From Candidatus Binataceae bacterium (GTDB lineage Bacteria; Desulfobacterota; Binatia; Binatales; Binataceae), in NCBI GenBank assembly GCA_963789715.1, contig CAWBLQ010000011.1, positions 9,263-73,262 of the forward strand: a stretch of 64,000 bases of DNA, in the 5' to 3' direction. A program made the position numbers and the translations under genes. How positions within the stretch are numbered: the first letter of the stretch is position 1; every line of letters begins with the position of its first letter. The notes under the pieces are model-generated. The model was not told where the DNA came from. It did not search any database and was given only the letters and a program-made list of their open reading frames with translations. Below are positions 59,794 through 64,000 of the stretch, piece after piece.

Positions 59794-60666
59794 TCAGGCG
59801 GCTGCGGCGGTTGCGGATTTCGAGTCGAATTTCGGAAGCTGGACGAAGAACAGCACGCAGTCTTCCACCACTTCAAGTTCGCGGCCGGTGTCGGCGGGAT
59901 CTACGCGGAACGCCGAGCGAGCGTCGAGCACCTCGCCGGAGGCAACGTCGCGAATCGCGCCGCGCTCGACGAACAGGAGTTCGGGTGCGCGATGCCGATC
60001 GACGCTGTGGCGCGCGCCGCGCGTGGCGCGGATCTGGCCGATATTCACAGCGCGCTCGCCGAAGGTGGCCATGTGCTTCAACTCGAAGCCGGGGTCGCGC
60101 GTCGCAAGCCATCCGAAGCCTTCGGGATGAATGACCACCGGCTCCTCGTAGCGGGGCGGCGGATACTCGACGGCGCGCCCGTTGACATGCTCCCAAATCG
60201 CTTCGTAGCCGTCTTTGCGAATGACGCGGCCGTCGGGAGTGCGGCGCGTGAAGACACCGCCGTCGAATTGCCCGAGGTCGCACATTTTTTCGTAGCCCGC
60301 GTTCAACTGCTGATAGCTCATGAAGCCGTAGCCGGCTGAGCCGCCCATCTGGAGCAGCAGCACGACCGATTGGCTGGTGTCGGACTGCGGTCCGTAGAAG
60401 GTTCCCTCGGGAAAATAGCCGACGGCGCCGGCCTTCAGATCTTTGCCCGGCGCGAAGTTCATCGCGCCTTCGAGGCAGAGACGGACCTGGTCGAAGTTGT
60501 GGCGATGGCGCGGGGTGAAATAGTCGCCGGCCGTTCGCACGATACTCAGCTCGAAATTGTCGGGCGCGCCGGGCGTGCCCTGCAGCAGGCGTTTGAAGTC
60601 GATCCCACCCGAGCGATGGCCCGAAACCGCACCCCATTCAACGTCGGCCGCGTGTACCGTCTGCAT
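59794..60666 (-). CDS. Cupin (bicupin) domain protein
   Basis: It has cupin-like beta-strand segments with His residues (PRHRHNFDQVRLCLEG). Confidence 0.55.
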   Translation of the reverse strand: MQTVHAADVEWGAVSGHRSGGIDFKRLLQGTPGAPDNFELSIVRTAGDYFTPRHRHNFDQVRLCLEGAMNFAPGKDLKAGAVGYFPEGTFYGPQSDTSQSVVLLLQMGGSAGYGFMSYQQLNAGYEKMCDLGQFDGGVFTRRTPDGRVIRKDGYEAIWEHVNGRAVEYPPPRYEEPVVIHPEGFGWLATRDPGFELKHMATFGERAVNIGQIRATRGARHSVDRHRAPELLFVERGAIRDVASGEVLDARSAFRVDPADTGRELEVVEDCVLFFVQLPKFDSKSATAAAA

Positions 60667-60706
60667 AGCTGTGGGGTTAGCGCGGGCGGACGCGCCTCGT
60701 CAAGGA

Positions 60707-61300
60707 TCACGGTGCGTTCGACGCGGGATGGTGATCCTTCAGGAGCGCGCCGCAGGCCGCGATGGCGGCGAGGACGCCGTCGGCGACGCGGCCGGCCTTC
60801 ACCGTTGCCAGGAATCTATCGACGATTTTGTTCCACGCTCCGGCGGGCGCGAGGGCGTGGGTCTCATGGTCGGCGACGATCTCCACGTAGCGCTCGCCGA
60901 GCGACACAAATAGCAGGATTAGGTGCCGCTGCTCGGGATTTGCGAGCACGTGCGCGTTGAATTCGCGATGCGCCAGTTGCCATGCGTGAGCATGCTTGAC
61001 GCGCTTCGGTACGATCGAGAGGCGGGCCGGCAGCCATTCGAGCGGCAGCATCGTCAGAGCCAGGAACCATAGTTGGATCATGATCACGGTGCGGCTCGCG
61101 ATATCGGGCCGAATCAAACTGACGAGCCCGCCCAGCAGAATTGCGCCGATCGCGGCCCACGCGACCGGATAAAGGGAATAGCGATCGCTGACGCGAGTCA
61201 CGACGACGCAAAAGTCGGCGGCTGTATCGTGCTTGATCGCGGCCATCGCGGCGTCGATGCGCTCGTGCTCATCGGACGTGAATGGCCGTTTCTGATTCAC
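60707..61300 (-). CDS. TPM-domain protein (second TPM of the LemA module)
   Basis: The GTG start at 61300 overlaps the upstream TGA (GTGA). The N-terminus is FTSDEHERIDAAMAAIKHDTAADFCVVVT, which is TPM-like, followed by a hydrophobic region. The longer 233-aa track ORF reads the Gly-rich tail of the upstream gene in another frame. Confidence 0.6.
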   Translation of the reverse strand: MNQKRPFTSDEHERIDAAMAAIKHDTAADFCVVVTRVSDRYSLYPVAWAAIGAILLGGLVSLIRPDIASRTVIMIQLWFLALTMLPLEWLPARLSIVPKRVKHAHAWQLAHREFNAHVLANPEQRHLILLFVSLGERYVEIVADHETHALAPAGAWNKIVDRFLATVKAGRVADGVLAAIAACGALLKDHHPASNAP

Positions 61301-62094
61301 CAGCTTCCCGAGGCGCCGCCGCCGCCGAACGATCCACCACCGCCGGAGAAGCCGCCGCCACCGGAAGATCCTCCTCCAGAAGATCCGCTGGACCATCCAC
61401 CGGACCATCCGCCACCGCCATACCTCATCCAGTCATGCGGGTCATTGCGATGCCTGAACCAGGCAACCAGGAAAAATCCCCATGCGCCAAAGAATAACAC
61501 GCACCAGATGACGAGCCCCACGTATGCCTGCCACGGAGCCGACAAGAATGGAATCGGCGTCGGCACTGGTGCTGGGCTGATCGGGTTCCCGCCGAGCACC
61601 TGGAGTATCGACGTGGTGCCGGCGAGGATGCCGGCGTTGAAGTCGCCGCGCTTGAAGCTGGGCAGGATGTTGTTCTGGATTATCGTCGCGCTGATGGCGT
61701 CGGTGAGTGTTCCTTCGAGGCCGTAGCCGACCTCGATGCGAACTTTGTGCTCCTTGGGCGCGACGATAAGCAGCGCGCCGTTGTTCGTGCCTTTCTGCCC
61801 GATGCCCCAATGGCGGCCAAGCTGATAGCCGTAATCCTCAATCGTATATCCCTGTAGCGACCCGAGCGTGACCAGCACGACTTGTTGGCCGGTTGCGCGT
61901 TCGTGGTCGGCCAGCATGAGGGTGAGTTTGCCCACCGTGTAGGAGTTGAGGACGCCTGCATCGTCCACTACTCGGCCGGTGAGCGGCGGAAATTTCGGCC
62001 CGGAGGCGAGGGCAGGTGACGCGAGGATCAGCAGGAGAATGAGCCACGCCCATCGCGCGCCGGAGAGATCCGCGCTTGCGCAGCGAGAGCGCAT
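61297..62094 (-). CDS. TPM-domain (YgcG-like) membrane protein with a Gly/Ser-rich C-terminus
   Basis: It has a signal peptide, a TPM domain (LTGRVVDDAGVL...LLIVAPKEHKVRIEVGYGLEG), a TM helix and a GGGWSGGWSSGSSGGG tail. Confidence 0.75.
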   Translation of the reverse strand: MRSRCASADLSGARWAWLILLLILASPALASGPKFPPLTGRVVDDAGVLNSYTVGKLTLMLADHERATGQQVVLVTLGSLQGYTIEDYGYQLGRHWGIGQKGTNNGALLIVAPKEHKVRIEVGYGLEGTLTDAISATIIQNNILPSFKRGDFNAGILAGTTSILQVLGGNPISPAPVPTPIPFLSAPWQAYVGLVIWCVLFFGAWGFFLVAWFRHRNDPHDWMRYGGGGWSGGWSSGSSGGGSSGGGGFSGGGGSFGGGGASGSW

Positions 62095-62696
62095 CAGAAT
62101 TTGACCTGCGGCACCTGCTGGCTTTGCTCGGAGATCGTGAAAGTCTCGCGAACTTTCATATCAGGGTAGAGGATCGATGCCACCCATCGGCCTGGAATGG
62201 TCCGGAGCGTGGTGTTGTAGTCCTGCACCGCGAGAATGTAATCGCGGCGCGCCACCGCGATGCGATTCTCGGTGCCCTCGAGTTGCGATTGAAGCGCAAG
62301 GAAATTCTGATTCGACTTGAGGTCGGGGTAAGCCTCGGCAACCGCGAGCAGGCGGCCAAGCGCGCCCGTAACAGCGGCCTGGTTCTGCTCGAACTCGTGA
62401 AACGCCTGCGGGTTCGACAGGATGTCCGCTGGAAGCAGCATCTGGGTCGCATGCGCGCGCGCTTCGGTCACCTGGGTCAGGACATTCTGCTCCTGATGGG
62501 CATAGCCCTTGACCGTCTCGACAAGGTTCGGGATAAGGTCGGCGCGCCGCTGATACTGATTGAGCACTTCGCTCCAGGCGGCCTTCACATTCTCGTCGAG
62601 GGTCGGGATTTTGTTGATGCCGCAGCCCGCGAGTCCGCCGACCACGATTCCGAGAGTCGCCATGCGAGCCAGCACGCGAGCGTATTTGAACCGCAT
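62094..62696 (-). CDS. lemA: LemA family protein
   Basis: It has an N-terminal TM/lipobox and LemA helices (AAWSEVLNQYQRRADLIPNLVETVKGYA...AVARRDYNLAVQDYN-like). Confidence 0.85.
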   Translation of the reverse strand: MRFKYARVLARMATLGIVVGGLAGCGINKIPTLDENVKAAWSEVLNQYQRRADLIPNLVETVKGYAHQEQNVLTQVTEARAHATQMLLPADILSNPQAFHEFEQNQAAVTGALGRLLAVAEAYPDLKSNQNFLALQSQLEGTENRIAVARRDYILAVQDYNTTLRTIPGRWVASILYPDMKVRETFTISEQSQQVPQVKF

Positions 62697-62811
62697 CAGA
62701 GCGACTCCTTCCTGAAGGCTGCGGCGGGATTAGCGCGGGCGCACGCGCCGCGTCAAGAGAACTCGGGAGCGGCCGCGCGCGCGGAGTAAAGCGGGAGAGC
62801 GACGCGTGGGT

Positions 62812-63339
62812 TCAGGCGCCTTCGCGGCTCTTGAAACGATGCTGCGGCTCGGGCGGCATCGTCAGCAGCTCGCGAGAATAAATCTCACCGAGATATTCGA
62901 TGAGATTGCGCATCGAGACTACCGCGGTCGGGTGACCGGCGTCGTCGACGAGCGGGATATGGCGGAACCCCTCGAGCACCATCTTGCTCAGCGCGAACGC
63001 CACATTCGCGTCGGCAGGGAGCGTGAAGGGATCAGGAGTCATCGACGCGGACACTGGAGTGTGGATGAGGTCGATTGGCTGGCCCGCCACCTTCATCAGG
63101 ATGTCGCGCTCGGTGAAGATGCCGGCGAGCCGCTCGTCCTCCATGACCAGCACGCACGCGCGCCGCTCCTGCTGCATCAGATGGATCGTGTCGGCGAGAG
63201 TGGTCGAGGTGGTAACGGTCAGTGGCGGCTGCGAGACCACCTCGCTCAGCGCAGTGTTGGCAAGTGCGGACTCGAGAACTTGGGGGCCGGGATGTTCGTC
63301 GTCCAACAGCAACTCGCGGTCATCGTCGTCGCTAGGCAT
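62812..63339 (-). CDS. CBS domain pair protein
   Basis: It has two CBS motifs (VLVMEDERLAGIFTERDIL and HIPLVDDAGHPTAVVSMRNLI). Confidence 0.8.
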   Translation of the reverse strand: MPSDDDDRELLLDDEHPGPQVLESALANTALSEVVSQPPLTVTTSTTLADTIHLMQQERRACVLVMEDERLAGIFTERDILMKVAGQPIDLIHTPVSASMTPDPFTLPADANVAFALSKMVLEGFRHIPLVDDAGHPTAVVSMRNLIEYLGEIYSRELLTMPPEPQHRFKSREGA

Positions 63340-63440
63340 AAGTCAGCCCTCCGATGCCAGTATATCGAGAGCCTATAGCCTAGGCGGTTATCAAACTTAG
63401 GGCAAAGGGCGCGGTGCGCGCGACTCGCGCGGACGCGCGG

Positions 63441-64000
63441 TTACTTCGCCGACACGATCATTTCCTCGACGTCGCGCAGGCGATCCTTGCCAAAGAAGAT
63501 CTCGTCGCCGACGTAAAAGGTCGGTGAGCCGAAGGTGCCGCGCGCAACCGATCGATTGGTGTTCTCGAGCAGTTGGTCCTTGACCGGCTGGGTCTCGATC
63601 AGCTCGAGGATTCGCGCGGCCTCCAGTCCCGCCTCGTCCAGCGCCGCGCGGAACACGTTGGGGTCGTCCATCTTTTTGGGCTCAGCCCACATATTGCGGT
63701 ACATCTCGTCCACGTAGCGCTCGAATAGGCCGAGCGACCGCGCGGCGATCGCTCCGCGCATCATCGTCAGTGTGTTCACCGGAAAAAATGGATTGCTTTT
63801 GAACCTGGTAATCCCAAGCCGCTTGATGAAGCGGGTCGTCTCCAGCCGCTCGTACTCAGGCTTGTTCTTGATCCCCGCCAGGCTTTGCGCCGGCGAGCGA
63901 TTGTTGGTCATCTTGAAAACGCCGCCCAGCAGCACCGGCACGTACTCGAACTTCACGCCCGTGCGCTTTTCGATTTCAGGAATTACGAGGTGGCTCAGAT
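63441..64000 (-). CDS. 2-hydroxychromene-2-carboxylate isomerase / DsbA-like thioredoxin-fold protein (N-terminus beyond the window end)
   Basis: The frame stays open to 64000 (…LSHLVIPEIEKRTGVKFEYVPVLLGGVFK…). The C-terminal GSPTFYVGDEIFFGKDRL is typical of HCCA isomerase/DsbA-like proteins. Confidence 0.65.
   Translation of the reverse strand, partial: LSHLVIPEIEKRTGVKFEYVPVLLGGVFKMTNNRSPAQSLAGIKNKPEYERLETTRFIKRLGITRFKSNPFFPVNTLTMMRGAIAARSLGLFERYVDEMYRNMWAEPKKMDDPNVFRAALDEAGLEAARILELIETQPVKDQLLENTNRSVARGTFGSPTFYVGDEIFFGKDRLRDVEEMIVSAK

Overview
This is a 64 kb high-GC bacterial chromosomal segment with no rRNA, CRISPR array, transposase or integrase. Most of it is conserved housekeeping genes in dense, largely co-directional operons; several arrangements resemble Deltaproteobacteria/Myxococcota-like genomes, but I cannot assign taxonomy from sequence alone.

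Housekeeping genes recognised:
- RNA metabolism and cell division: RNase Y, 5-formyl-THF cyclo-ligase, ZapA/ZapB, FtsY, SMC, RNase G, RlpA-like protein, RNase HI.
- Biosynthesis and redox: GlgA, Lon, HemB, TrxB, MoaC, RlmI, a cytochrome P450 and a GH1 beta-glucosidase.
- Cell-wall recycling: AnmK and NagA.
- Transport: an ABC-2 transporter and an MMPL/RND exporter paired with a Ycf48-like beta-propeller protein.
- Other modules: a LemA-TPM-TPM triad and a small oxidoreductase cluster (LLM oxidoreductase, SDR, Rieske oxygenase, cupin).
- RNA genes: a tandem tRNA-Gln(CUG)/tRNA-Glu(CUC) pair.

Accessory features that stand out:
1. A family of secreted proteins sharing a roughly 200-aa domain with eight conserved Cys (signatures CAMIYV, CCGCP, CCDP). 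It occurs three times in the window. Two tandem copies share a near-identical 625-bp segment, and the third copy carries the domain N-terminal to a long (TA/TP)n tract.
2. A probable selenoprotein of the GrdB/PrdB family. Two annotated ORFs are joined in frame by one TGA, giving a U-x-x-C motif, with a stem-loop 11 nt downstream of the TGA.
3. Two tandem paralogous 58-aa tail-anchored peptides with near-identical ribosome-binding sites.
4. A 431-bp low-GC element bounded by 19-bp inverted repeats and a 7-bp direct repeat that exactly frames a small membrane-protein ORF.
5. A block of six small membrane proteins resembling the YqjD/ElaB (DUF883) and YqjE stress module.
6. A candidate 6S RNA in the conserved zapA-ygfA intergenic position.

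The long plus-strand and minus-strand ORFs lying antisense to real genes are GC-rich frame artefacts.
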